DNA from: Anaerolineales bacterium
Lineage (GTDB): Bacteria > Chloroflexota > Anaerolineae > Anaerolineales > JBHHUI01
Length of the DNA stretch: 64,000 nt
Assembly (NCBI GenBank): GCA_965248775.1
Contig: OZ252150.1
Location: forward strand, 3,988,042 to 4,052,041
Direction of reading: 5' to 3'
The position numbers and the translations under genes are program-made. This document shows positions 26,868 to 35,395 of the stretch, one piece after another (position 1 is the stretch's first letter; each line of letters starts with the position of its first letter). Under the pieces are notes generated by a model. It worked only from the letters and a program-made list of their open reading frames with translations. It was not told the origin of the DNA and searched no databases.

Positions 26868-29800
26868 ATGTCCTCACCCGGGCGCATCCTCGCGCTTTTT
26901 GGGCTGCTGGTGCTCTTTTCGGTCCCGGCGATATGGCCCTACATCGGCGGCGATCCTCCCCGCACAAACGACTTAGCCACGCACATGTTCCGGGCCTTCG
27001 AGCTTGAACAACTGATCCGCTCCGGCGTGTTCTTTCCTCGCTGGGCGCCGAATCTGGTGCATGGCTATGGCTACCCGATTTTCAATTACTTTTCATATCT
27101 ATCGCATTATCTGATCGCGCTCATTCACATCGCCGGAGCAAATTTCCTCTGGGCTTATCGTATTGCTGCTTTCGGTATAGCATTGGCAGCAGGTTGGGGC
27201 GCGTTCCAATTGGGCCGGGAAATTACCGGCTCCGAGCGTGGCGGGTTGATTACTGGGCTGGGGTATGTGTACAGTCCGTATTTGTTATATACGGCGAATG
27301 TTCGTGGCGGATTGCCCGAATCGCTGGCTCTCGCGATCCTTCCCTTTGCCTTACTTACATGGCGACGCGCTGCCCTCCAGGGTTGGAGATATGTCGTCCC
27401 GGCCGGGATTGCCTTCGGGATGCTAGTGTTCTCTCATAATGGCATGGCGCTGCAGGTCTCGCCGCTCCTGCTCGCGTATGCTCTCTGGAGCGGGCGCGCC
27501 CACCTCCGCCAGACTCTGATTCAGATTGCGAGCGCCACTCTCATTGGGCTGGCTCTGGTTGCTTTTTACTGGCTCCCCGCACTGACAGAGTTGAATTTTG
27601 CGCAGATTGAAACGCGCTTCGCTACGACGGGTATTTCCTACGCCCTTAATTTCACGCCGCTACGCGCTCTCTTCGACTATCCTGCATTACCAGTTGACAG
27701 CGACTTGCTCAACCCGCCACTGCTGCGCCCCCTGCCTATTGTTACGTTTCTCCTTGCAATTGCAGCGCTCACCTCACAATGGCGTACACGCGCTGCGTTG
27801 CAGCAGGAACGCATCTTCCTGGCAATACTTGCAACCGGTTGTATTTTCATCACGTTGCCTCAATCTGCTTTCGTCTGGGATGCTATTCCGCTCCTGCAAC
27901 GCACTCTCTGGCCGTGGCGCTACCTCGGGCCGGCTGCGCTATTTCTGGCATTAATGGCTGCCACTCTCGACTTTTCACAAGTGCCGACTCCACAAACATC
28001 GTCGAGGTCCAACGTTCTCATACCATTGTTCATTGTTTCTTTGTTCATTGCCAACGCTCTCCCCTGGCTGTACCCTCCGCGCGAACCGATTGAAGCGCCC
28101 ATTTCGTTTGGCGACCTCACACGCTATGAGCTCCCGCCGCTACTGATCGGCACTTCCACCAATGCCGAATATTTGCCACGCTGGGTCTCGAAACTGCCAG
28201 ACACATCCACACAACGAGAAGCTTTATTGACAGACTTTGATCCCGATCGGTTAGATAGAGTTTCACTGCCGAAGAATGCTCGTGTGGTTCACACAGATAA
28301 CACTCTCTACCGGGATCACTATGTGGTGGATCTGCTTGAAGCAAGTACGCTCACATTCCGGCAGTTTTACTTTCCGGGCTGGCAGCTCCTGTTGGATGGC
28401 GAGCGCATTCCAATCCGCATTACCAGCCCACATGGTCTCATTGCGGCGGACATTCCAGCCGGTGAGCACTCGCTTGTATTGGACTTTGTCAACACACCCA
28501 TCCGCACGGCTGCTGACATCATTTCCATTCTCACGGTTATATCCCTCGGCGTCTATTTTATTTTCCGCCGCACGCGGTTGGTAGACAGAATTGAATCTCA
28601 CAGTTCCGACGGGAGAAGTCTCCGGACCGCATTCTTAGGCGGCCTCCTCATATGCATGTTCTTTGGCATTACAGTGTTCGTCGACTCCCCTATCCGACAG
28701 CATGGGCTGGCAGCCGGGAACAGACCTGCTGGCATGGCAAATGCGCTCAACAGAGACCTGGCAGGCGAACTCTGGTTGCACGGTTACACGCTCTCACGGG
28801 CAGCATTCCCCGCCGATGGAGAGATCGAAGTTGACTTGTACTGGCAGGCACAACACGATCTTGGTCTCAGCTACGGGTTCAACTTGAGGCTTGTGGACGC
28901 GGAGGAAAGAATCTGGAATTCAACGGATATTATTCGTCCGGCGGATTGGCGTTTTGCCCCCGGCACGGATTTTTGGCCGCTGGAGGAATACGTTCTGCAG
29001 AGCGCAATTCTACGGCCGCTGCCGGGCACCCCGCCTGGAGCGTACAAACTGCAAGTAGTCGCCTTTCGGGAGGACACATTGCAGGCCTTGGATATAGTCG
29101 AACTCGGGGAGATTACGATCACGACTCCGGATCGTTCGTCTTATACGGACACGCCCCCGCAGGCCACATTTGCAGCCGGTAGCTTAGAACTACTTGTTAT
29201 TCGATTGGATCGAGGCGAGGCGAGGCCGGGCGACGCGCTACGGGTAGATTTTGTCTGGCGCGCCGGTCCAGAATCCCTGGTCCGCGCAGACTACGCAGTG
29301 ATGCTTATATTGGATGAAGTCGAGAATCAAGCGAGCATAAGCTTCGTGCACACTCTCAGTGTTGCTTTCGGCACTGCGCAATGGCAACCTGGAGATGTGC
29401 TCGCAGACCAGATCTTCAATCGACTGCCGGCTTCATTGCCCGCTGGCCAATATACCCTGCGGCTGTGGGTGGAGAAACCCGATGGCGAACCGCTTGGTGA
29501 ATTCACGTTACCCCAGACTCTTACCGTTGCAGTTATTGAGCGCACATTCTCACAGCCTGAAATGACGGAGCAATTGGCTGTTTCACTGGATGACGGGATC
29601 GTACTCGCTGGCTATTACTTAGAATCTAGCGAACTGGCTCCCGGAGATAGCATCGAATTGGAACTTGTCTGGCAAACGATGAAGGAGATTGATACACCTT
29701 ACCGAGTCTTCGTACATCTTATTGATGCAAGCGGCCAGATCATTTCTCAATCCGACGCCGAACCCGCCAATTGGACGCGTCCGACCACCGGCTGGCTCCC

Positions 29801-29972
29801 GGAGGAATACATCCGGGATCGGCACTCCCTTTCCATTCCAGCAGAGGCCATCCCGGGTCGCTACTCTATCCGAGCAGGGATGTACGCTCCCGACAGCGGG
29901 CAAAGACTTTCATCCACTGCCTATCCGGACGGCTCAATCCCCCTTGCAACTATAGCTATCTCTGACTCGTAA
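26868..29972 (+). CDS. large integral membrane protein (1034 aa): GT-C/PMT-YfhO-like N-terminal multi-TM domain (~600 aa) plus three ~100-aa extracytoplasmic repeat domains
   Basis: About 12-14 TM helices and a DxD-like loop early in the protein. The C-terminal repeats share the W..Q...pG.Y.lr motif (PGAYKLQVVAF / AGQYTLRLWV / PGRYSIRAGMY). Confidence 0.55.
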   Translation: MSSPGRILALFGLLVLFSVPAIWPYIGGDPPRTNDLATHMFRAFELEQLIRSGVFFPRWAPNLVHGYGYPIFNYFSYLSHYLIALIHIAGANFLWAYRIAAFGIALAAGWGAFQLGREITGSERGGLITGLGYVYSPYLLYTANVRGGLPESLALAILPFALLTWRRAALQGWRYVVPAGIAFGMLVFSHNGMALQVSPLLLAYALWSGRAHLRQTLIQIASATLIGLALVAFYWLPALTELNFAQIETRFATTGISYALNFTPLRALFDYPALPVDSDLLNPPLLRPLPIVTFLLAIAALTSQWRTRAALQQERIFLAILATGCIFITLPQSAFVWDAIPLLQRTLWPWRYLGPAALFLALMAATLDFSQVPTPQTSSRSNVLIPLFIVSLFIANALPWLYPPREPIEAPISFGDLTRYELPPLLIGTSTNAEYLPRWVSKLPDTSTQREALLTDFDPDRLDRVSLPKNARVVHTDNTLYRDHYVVDLLEASTLTFRQFYFPGWQLLLDGERIPIRITSPHGLIAADIPAGEHSLVLDFVNTPIRTAADIISILTVISLGVYFIFRRTRLVDRIESHSSDGRSLRTAFLGGLLICMFFGITVFVDSPIRQHGLAAGNRPAGMANALNRDLAGELWLHGYTLSRAAFPADGEIEVDLYWQAQHDLGLSYGFNLRLVDAEERIWNSTDIIRPADWRFAPGTDFWPLEEYVLQSAILRPLPGTPPGAYKLQVVAFREDTLQALDIVELGEITITTPDRSSYTDTPPQATFAAGSLELLVIRLDRGEARPGDALRVDFVWRAGPESLVRADYAVMLILDEVENQASISFVHTLSVAFGTAQWQPGDVLADQIFNRLPASLPAGQYTLRLWVEKPDGEPLGEFTLPQTLTVAVIERTFSQPEMTEQLAVSLDDGIVLAGYYLESSELAPGDSIELELVWQTMKEIDTPYRVFVHLIDASGQIISQSDAEPANWTRPTTGWLPEEYIRDRHSLSIPAEAIPGRYSIRAGMYAPDSGQRLSSTAYPDGSIPLATIAISDS

Positions 29973-29983
29973 TAGCGAAATGT

Positions 29984-30005
29984 TGCAAACGCAAGTTTGC
30001 TTTCA
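29984..30005 (+). terminator. putative intrinsic terminator
   Basis: GCAAAC-GCAA-GTTTGC hairpin followed by TTTCATT. Confidence 0.45.
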
Positions 30006-30023
30006 TTAATGTAAGGCACGCAG

Positions 30024-30029
30024 TAAAAT
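30024..30029 (+). promoter_or_regulatory. TAAAAT -10-like box 7 nt upstream of ATG 30037 (leaderless-type promoter for the SPFH pair)
   Basis: Seen directly; same geometry as the promoter at 26855. Confidence 0.4.
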
Positions 30030-30036
30030 CATTTCA

Positions 30037-31320
30037 ATGTCACAAAACAAACGTCGAAAAATGACACTCTATATCCTCGGCGGCCTGGTCGTTCTAGCGA
30101 TCTGGTATTTCGTTGGCTATTGGCGGCGACCGCTGCCCTCGGTTGCCATGTGGCTGCTCGATATATTTGTGTTGGGGGTAGCATTAATCGGCGGGATAAT
30201 GCTCGCGAGCCAGTTCGCGCTGCCGGTATCAGCCTGGAAAGACCGAAATTTGGCCTTCTCAAGCATGCTGCAATTTTTGCAAGGTGGACATGGCCCGATC
30301 ATTTTCGTCCGAAATGGATCGAAGGTCGCGCGCCCGGGAGAGGAAGACAAACGCGGGCCGGGTGTCATTTTGCTTGATAGCGCCAGTGCAGTTGCATTGC
30401 AAACCAATGTTGCCTACAAGCGCTCGGCTGGGCCGGGTGTCACGTTTACAACGCCTGGTGAGTTCATCGCCGATACGATCGACTTGCGCGTGCAATCACG
30501 CACGAATAAGAATGTTAAAGCAGTAACACGCGACGGCATCAATATTAAAGCCAACATCATCGTACGTTTCATGCTCCGGCGTGGGCATGCTTCTCCCGGA
30601 CAATGGGAGACTGACCAGGGGCCCCCCTACTATTTCGAGGAACACCCCGCCTTTCTCGCAGTATTTGGCACTGCAGTTCGCGAACGCTACAACGTTGGGT
30701 GGACCGAGCTTCCAGCGCTGGTCGCCGCCGATGTGTGGCGCGAATTGTTGCTCGAACGCACATTGAGCGACTTGTTGCCCGAAGAGCATGTCGATCCGCT
30801 GCCCTTCACCGCACTCCAACAAGCCTTGACGCAACGTTTGCAGCCCCCGGCCGATCAATTACCCGATGCCGGCAGTTTGGAGTATCGCGTGCTGCACGAC
30901 CGCGGCATTCAGGTACTGGCCGTTTCAGTGGCGAATGTGGATTTTCCAGAAGAGTTCTACAACCGGCGCAAGCTTAAATGGCAAACAGAAATGCTTCGCC
31001 GCACCAAAGATGAGCTTTACGAATCAGAGGTCGACTCTTTACATCGCGAAGGCTTTCGCGACGGCTGGATGCAATTGCGCGAAATACTCACACGCGATCT
31101 GCGCCAGAAGATGCAATCGCGGATTTCCCTCACAGTGCGGAAGGTGGCGCGCATTCTTATCGACGCCACATTGGAGATCATTAACCGGCCAAGCGTCACA
31201 AACTTGGCACGGCGAGAGCAAGAGACCATTTTAGAAATGCGCAGTTGGCTGGACAGTCTCGACGAGACTGGCGCACAACTCCTGATTGCACAACATGACG
31301 ACACGATCGACGCTGAATAA
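30037..31320 (+). CDS. SPFH/band-7 (flotillin/HflK-like) membrane protein, paralog 1
   Basis: Two N-terminal TM helices, a central SPFH-like block (IDLRVQSRTNKNVKAVTRDGINIKANIIVRFML), and a long charged coiled-coil C-terminus. Confidence 0.6.
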   Translation: MSQNKRRKMTLYILGGLVVLAIWYFVGYWRRPLPSVAMWLLDIFVLGVALIGGIMLASQFALPVSAWKDRNLAFSSMLQFLQGGHGPIIFVRNGSKVARPGEEDKRGPGVILLDSASAVALQTNVAYKRSAGPGVTFTTPGEFIADTIDLRVQSRTNKNVKAVTRDGINIKANIIVRFMLRRGHASPGQWETDQGPPYYFEEHPAFLAVFGTAVRERYNVGWTELPALVAADVWRELLLERTLSDLLPEEHVDPLPFTALQQALTQRLQPPADQLPDAGSLEYRVLHDRGIQVLAVSVANVDFPEEFYNRRKLKWQTEMLRRTKDELYESEVDSLHREGFRDGWMQLREILTRDLRQKMQSRISLTVRKVARILIDATLEIINRPSVTNLARREQETILEMRSWLDSLDETGAQLLIAQHDDTIDAE

Positions 31321-32707
31321 TCTACCTACGCCGATCGGTCTGCTCCAGAACATGGCCGATTTCGTCCTCGACCGTTCACCAGGCGGTGAGAAGCAACGCG
31401 GGCGCTTGCTCTATGCGCTCTTCCTGCTCTATTGGCTGCTGATCGTAATATTGGAAGACATTCCACCCTCGACGGCCTCGATATTTATAGCTCAAACTGT
31501 TGCAGATGTCTCTGAAACATTCCGCCCCACTTTGGAGTGGATCGGAAACCTATTCATATCCATCTTCCATCCGCAAACCCTGCGGCACTTGCCTTTCCCG
31601 ATCATTGGCATGATCGTGGCATTACGCTACGGCGCCGGCTACATTCAGGACTTATTCGAACTCAAGAACTATCAGGTTGCTTACGACTATCTGATGGGCG
31701 CCATCTTTGGCCGCTCGTTCGGCAGCATCACCGTAAAGGATGGCAAGGTATCGGAGAGAGACCAGGAAAGCCCTGTCTATCTTATCGGTGGGCCCGGCTA
31801 TGTAACGATTCAACTTGGCAACGCCGCCATCTTTGAGCGCGTCGGGGGTCAGACGAATGTGTTGGCACAAGGCCGCCACCGCTTGCATGGTTACGAGCGC
31901 TTGCGCGAGGTAGTAGACCTGCGAGATCAACACGCAGCCGTGGACCGTATGCCATTCACCACCCGTGATGGCTTACCAGTCGAAGGCTCGGATCTGCAGG
32001 TGCGCTACCGCATCCACAGTAACCGGCGTCGGCAGGAATCTGATCCGTATCCGTATGAAGAAATTTCGATCCGGCGCGCTGTGTACGGAATCGCCGTTAA
32101 CGAAAAAGGGCGCGGCCGCTGGACGGGTTCTGTGCCGGGCTTCGTCCGCGGTCGCGTGCGGGGCCATCTGAGCCGCTTCACACTCAACGAGCTCCTGCAA
32201 CCACAGACAGAAGATCACGCGCGTATGCTTCTAACGCCGATGTTTTACGCGCCCCAAACGCGCGATCAGGTGGAGAAAATGGGGGCGCGCATCGATTGGG
32301 TCGGCGTGGGAACGATCAATGCGGGTGACGAAGTTACCCGTCAATTTCTGGCCCGCTGGCAGGAGGAACAAAAACGATTGCAGGTCACCAGCGAGCCGAC
32401 CTGGCGCGAGCGCCGGCGCGGCGAGACGCGCGACACCGTCCTATGGAACGCCATCAAACAAATCACTGTATGGTTCCGCAATGAAGTGGCCGATGGTTCC
32501 CTCTCGGCTCAGGACTTGCTTTATCGTTACTCTGAGATTCTCGAAAATCTTTGCGAAAGCCAGCCACCCGGCACCGATCCCTGCGACGAGGAAACTGAAC
32601 GCATAATTTCATTCCTGCAGAACCCGATAGAGTTTACTGTGTTAGATCGCGGGCTGCCCGCCCCGGCTGCCTATTCCCTGCCACCCGAACCAGATAGTGA
32701 TAGCTGA
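31286..32707 (+). CDS. SPFH/band-7-like membrane protein, paralog 2 (overlaps paralog 1; start possibly 31295)
   Basis: Two TM helices, an SPFH-like block (VVDLRDQHAAVDRMPFTTRDGLPVEGSDLQVRYRI), and a long C-terminal region. Confidence 0.6.
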   Translation: MHNMTTRSTLNNLPTPIGLLQNMADFVLDRSPGGEKQRGRLLYALFLLYWLLIVILEDIPPSTASIFIAQTVADVSETFRPTLEWIGNLFISIFHPQTLRHLPFPIIGMIVALRYGAGYIQDLFELKNYQVAYDYLMGAIFGRSFGSITVKDGKVSERDQESPVYLIGGPGYVTIQLGNAAIFERVGGQTNVLAQGRHRLHGYERLREVVDLRDQHAAVDRMPFTTRDGLPVEGSDLQVRYRIHSNRRRQESDPYPYEEISIRRAVYGIAVNEKGRGRWTGSVPGFVRGRVRGHLSRFTLNELLQPQTEDHARMLLTPMFYAPQTRDQVEKMGARIDWVGVGTINAGDEVTRQFLARWQEEQKRLQVTSEPTWRERRRGETRDTVLWNAIKQITVWFRNEVADGSLSAQDLLYRYSEILENLCESQPPGTDPCDEETERIISFLQNPIEFTVLDRGLPAPAAYSLPPEPDSDS

Positions 32708-32749
32708 CCCGAGAAATCCTTAGCGGGGCGCAAGCCCCCGGATTTATCC

Positions 32750-32787
32750 GTCACGACCCAGTTCATTCGTGACTGGGTGACTGGGTG
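32750..32787. repeat. palindromic repeat copy B (GTCACGACCCAGTTCATTCGTGACTGGGTGACTGGGTG) just upstream of tnpB
   Basis: Imperfect palindrome; same core as copies A, C, D and E. Confidence 0.75.
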
Positions 32788-33186
32788 GGGACAGCCCCGC
32801 CGATTGAAACAGATGATTCGAGTACACATACTTATGTCGAAGATAAGCCGCGAACAGGCTGACGCGCTCAATCAAGAGAGTGGTCGTATCTATACCAGCG
32901 TAATGGTCGAACACTGGCGCGTCTACAAGAAAGGTCGCGGTCATTGGCTGTCACGTGGGGCTGCCGAGAGATACAACGATTATCTCGGTGGCCCAACTAG
33001 CCTGCACGCTCACAGCCGAGACGCGGCCCAACAAGGATTCTATAAAGCTTGCAAGGTTGTAAAAGCACAACGCAAAATGGGACTGAACATACGTTATCCC
33101 TGGCGACGCAAGTTCTACCGGACAACGATCTGGAAGAACACCGGTATCTCACTCAAGAGCAATATGCTAGGGCTTGCCCTGGCGCG

Positions 33187-33296
33187 CGGCCACCCCGTCC
33201 AGTCCTGTCCGGGACTGGGTGAGCCGATCATCATGACCCAGTGCATTCACCCAGTCACGAATGAACTGGGTCGTGATGACTGGGCGCTCAAGCTAC
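33187..33296 (+). repeat. palindromic element copy C (~110 bp) inserted in-frame in tnpB (encodes ...GHPVQSCPGLGEPIIMTQCIHPVTNELGRDDWA)
   Basis: Contains CCAGTCC-TGTCCG-GGACTGG and ACCCAGT...ACTGGGT hairpins. It is near-identical, in inverse orientation, to copy E (34-nt match CGGCCACCCCGTCCAGTCCTGTCCGGGACTG). Confidence 0.7.
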
Positions 33297-33661
33297 CGCG
33301 CAATCTGGCAAGGTTCGAGAACGAGAATTTCAAAGAAGTCCGGCTGGTCTACAACAAGAGCTGCCGCCGTTACTACTGGCATGTCGTCATTGAAGATGCT
33401 CGCCAGCCCGGAAAGCCAACTGGGAACGGCATCGCCGGGATCGACCTGGGCGAGATACATCCGGTCGCCATCACGGACGGGACGAACGGCCTGGTCATTT
33501 CCTGCCGCGAAATGCGAGCAACAAAGCAGTACACGAGCAAACGGCTGGCAACTTTGAAGCGCCTGCAAAGCAGCAAACAAAAATACTCTCGGCGCTGGTG
33601 GCGAATACAGCGCCGCAGCAATCGGTTCCTTGCGCAACAGGCAAGTCGAACCCGAGACATG

Positions 33662-33747
33662 GAACACCCAGTCATCACGACCCAGTTCATTCGTCATGAC
33701 CCAGTACATTCATGACTGGGTGACTGGGTGAATGCACTGGGTCATGA
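33662..33747. repeat. palindromic element copy D (double hairpin) inserted in tnpB; introduces the only in-frame stop (TGA 33713-33715)
   Basis: CACCCAGTCATCACGACCCAGTTCATTCGTCATGACCCAGTACATTCATGACTGGGTGACTGGGTGAATGCACTGGGTCATGA. Confidence 0.7.
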
Positions 33748-33844
33748 CAAGGTCAGTCGCGCAGTGATCGACTGGTGCCTTGAAAACGGTATCGCTGAGA
33801 TAGCTATCGGCAATGTTAGAGATATTGCAGACGGCAAACGCCTT

Positions 33845-33936
33845 CATCGGAAGAGTCAACACCCAGTCACAAACGCACTGGGTCGTGAAAAACTCTCGAA
33901 CTGGGCGCACACAGTCCCGGACAGGACTGGACGGGG
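33845..33936 (-). repeat. palindromic element copy E (inverse orientation of copy C) inserted in-frame in tnpB
   Basis: The reverse complement matches copy C over the CGGCCACCCCGTCCAGTCCTGTCCGGGACTG block and the ACGACCCAGTGC core. Confidence 0.7.
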
Positions 33937-34431
33937 TGGCCGAATGCGCAAATATATCAGCTACAAAGCCGAGGCCGAAGGTATCGCCGTTTTCGACAAG
34001 GTGGACGAACGCTATACCAGCCAAACATGCCCTGAATGCGGCCAGCGGCACAAGCCACGCGGACGGGTTTACAAATGCCCCCATTGCGGTTTCGTCGGCG
34101 TGCGTGATATTGTCGGCGGAGCCAATATCAAGAGCAGGCATGTTCATGGCGAACTAGCGAAAGTCGCAGCACCTTGTCCAAAGTATCGTAAACCTTTTCC
34201 CCGTCCAGAACCAGACGGGACTGGGCAAAGAGGCTTGCGTAGTCGCGCGGACACCGCGAACTTGGCTTGGGATTGAATAATCCCAGGAAGCCCCCGGCTA
34301 CCCCCCGGTGGGCAGTGTCACGAGAAACCAATATTGGTCATTGGCTCAGCCGGGTTTGAGATCATTGCTGGTGCGCAGTATTTAGTTGCCGGTATTCAGT
34401 GATCAAGCAGCAGGTTACCGATTACTGAAAA

Positions 34432-35352
34432 TTGTCTTCCTACACGAAACCTCCGCTTAGCATTACTGCCGAAATCGAAGATGCGCTCGAGAGCGGCCGT
34501 CCGGTTGTTGCGCTCGAATCGACCGTTATTGCCCACGGGCTGCCCCGCCCCCACAATCTCGAATCCGCCCACAAGCTAGAAGCATTATTGCGCGCGGACG
34601 GAGTCGTACCAGCTACGGTTGCGATCCTGGATGGTCAGGTGCGCGTCGGTATTTCATCTGAGGAATTAGAACGTCTCGCCAATACGGACGATGTACTTAA
34701 AGTGAGTCGGCGCGATTTGCCGGTAGTTGTCGCCCGCGGCCTGACCGGTGCGACCACAGTAGCCGCCACAATGATGGCTGCGCATTGGGCCGAAATTAAG
34801 GTCTTTGCCACCGGCGGGATCGGAGGCGTCCATCGCGGCGGTACAGGCGATATCTCTGCCGACTTGCCCGAGCTGGCGCGCACACCCGTCGTAGTTGTTT
34901 GCGCAGGCGCAAAAGCGATTCTGGATTTAGCAGCCACGCTCGAATGGCTTGAGACACACGGGGTGCCTGTGATCGGTTATGAGACGGACGAATTGCCGGC
35001 TTTTTATGCCCGTCGCAGTGGCTTGCGTCTGGAGGTGAGAGCCGATTCGCCGGCTGAAGTTGCTGCGCTGGTACGAGCGCAGCAACTACTCAATATCACG
35101 AGCGGGCTGTTGGTGACCGTCCCGCCACCAGCCGCCGCAGCCTTGCCCGAAGACCAGCTGGAAGAATCTATCGCAAGCGCTTTGAAAGCTGCTGCAGCAG
35201 CCAATGTTGTCGGGAAAGCGCTCACACCTTTCCTACTTGCTCACATTAGCGAGTACACAGGCGGCGCAAGTCTGCGAGCTAATCTCGCATTGTTGGATAA
35301 CAACGCCCACATCGCAGCGCAAATTGCCGTTGCACTACACGCAGAGAATTAG
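34432..35352 (+). CDS. psuG: pseudouridine-5'-phosphate glycosidase
   Basis: PsuG/indigoidine-synthase-A-like family (PVVALESTVIAHGLP; GGIGGVHRG). TTG start. Confidence 0.85.
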   Translation: MSSYTKPPLSITAEIEDALESGRPVVALESTVIAHGLPRPHNLESAHKLEALLRADGVVPATVAILDGQVRVGISSEELERLANTDDVLKVSRRDLPVVVARGLTGATTVAATMMAAHWAEIKVFATGGIGGVHRGGTGDISADLPELARTPVVVVCAGAKAILDLAATLEWLETHGVPVIGYETDELPAFYARRSGLRLEVRADSPAEVAALVRAQQLLNITSGLLVTVPPPAAAALPEDQLEESIASALKAAAAANVVGKALTPFLLAHISEYTGGASLRANLALLDNNAHIAAQIAVALHAEN

Positions 35353-35395
35353 CCGGCGGCCCCTTTTCGCTTTAACCACTTCAATGCCTCGCGCT

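Larger units (their letters stand above)
32777..34276 (+). pseudogene. tnpB: tnpB (IS200/IS605-family OrfB, RuvC-like RNA-guided nuclease gene) carrying three in-frame insertions of a palindromic ~80-110-bp element; one in-frame TGA at 33713-33715
   Basis: N-terminal TnpB-like region (MSKISREQADALNQESGRIYTSVM...), RuvC/Zn-finger C-terminus (ERYTSQTCPECG...YKCPHCGFVGVRDIVGGANI). The whole locus is one frame; about 407 codons remain after subtracting the inserts. Confidence 0.7.

Noticed and set aside
33261-33709. Short ORFs (98, 138, 105 aa) inside the tnpB locus beginning MNWVV.../MYWVM...
   Set aside because: They start inside the palindromic repeat, so they read the same hairpin motif (NWVV, ELGRD) in alternative frames or strands. 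They are artefacts of the repeat, not genes.
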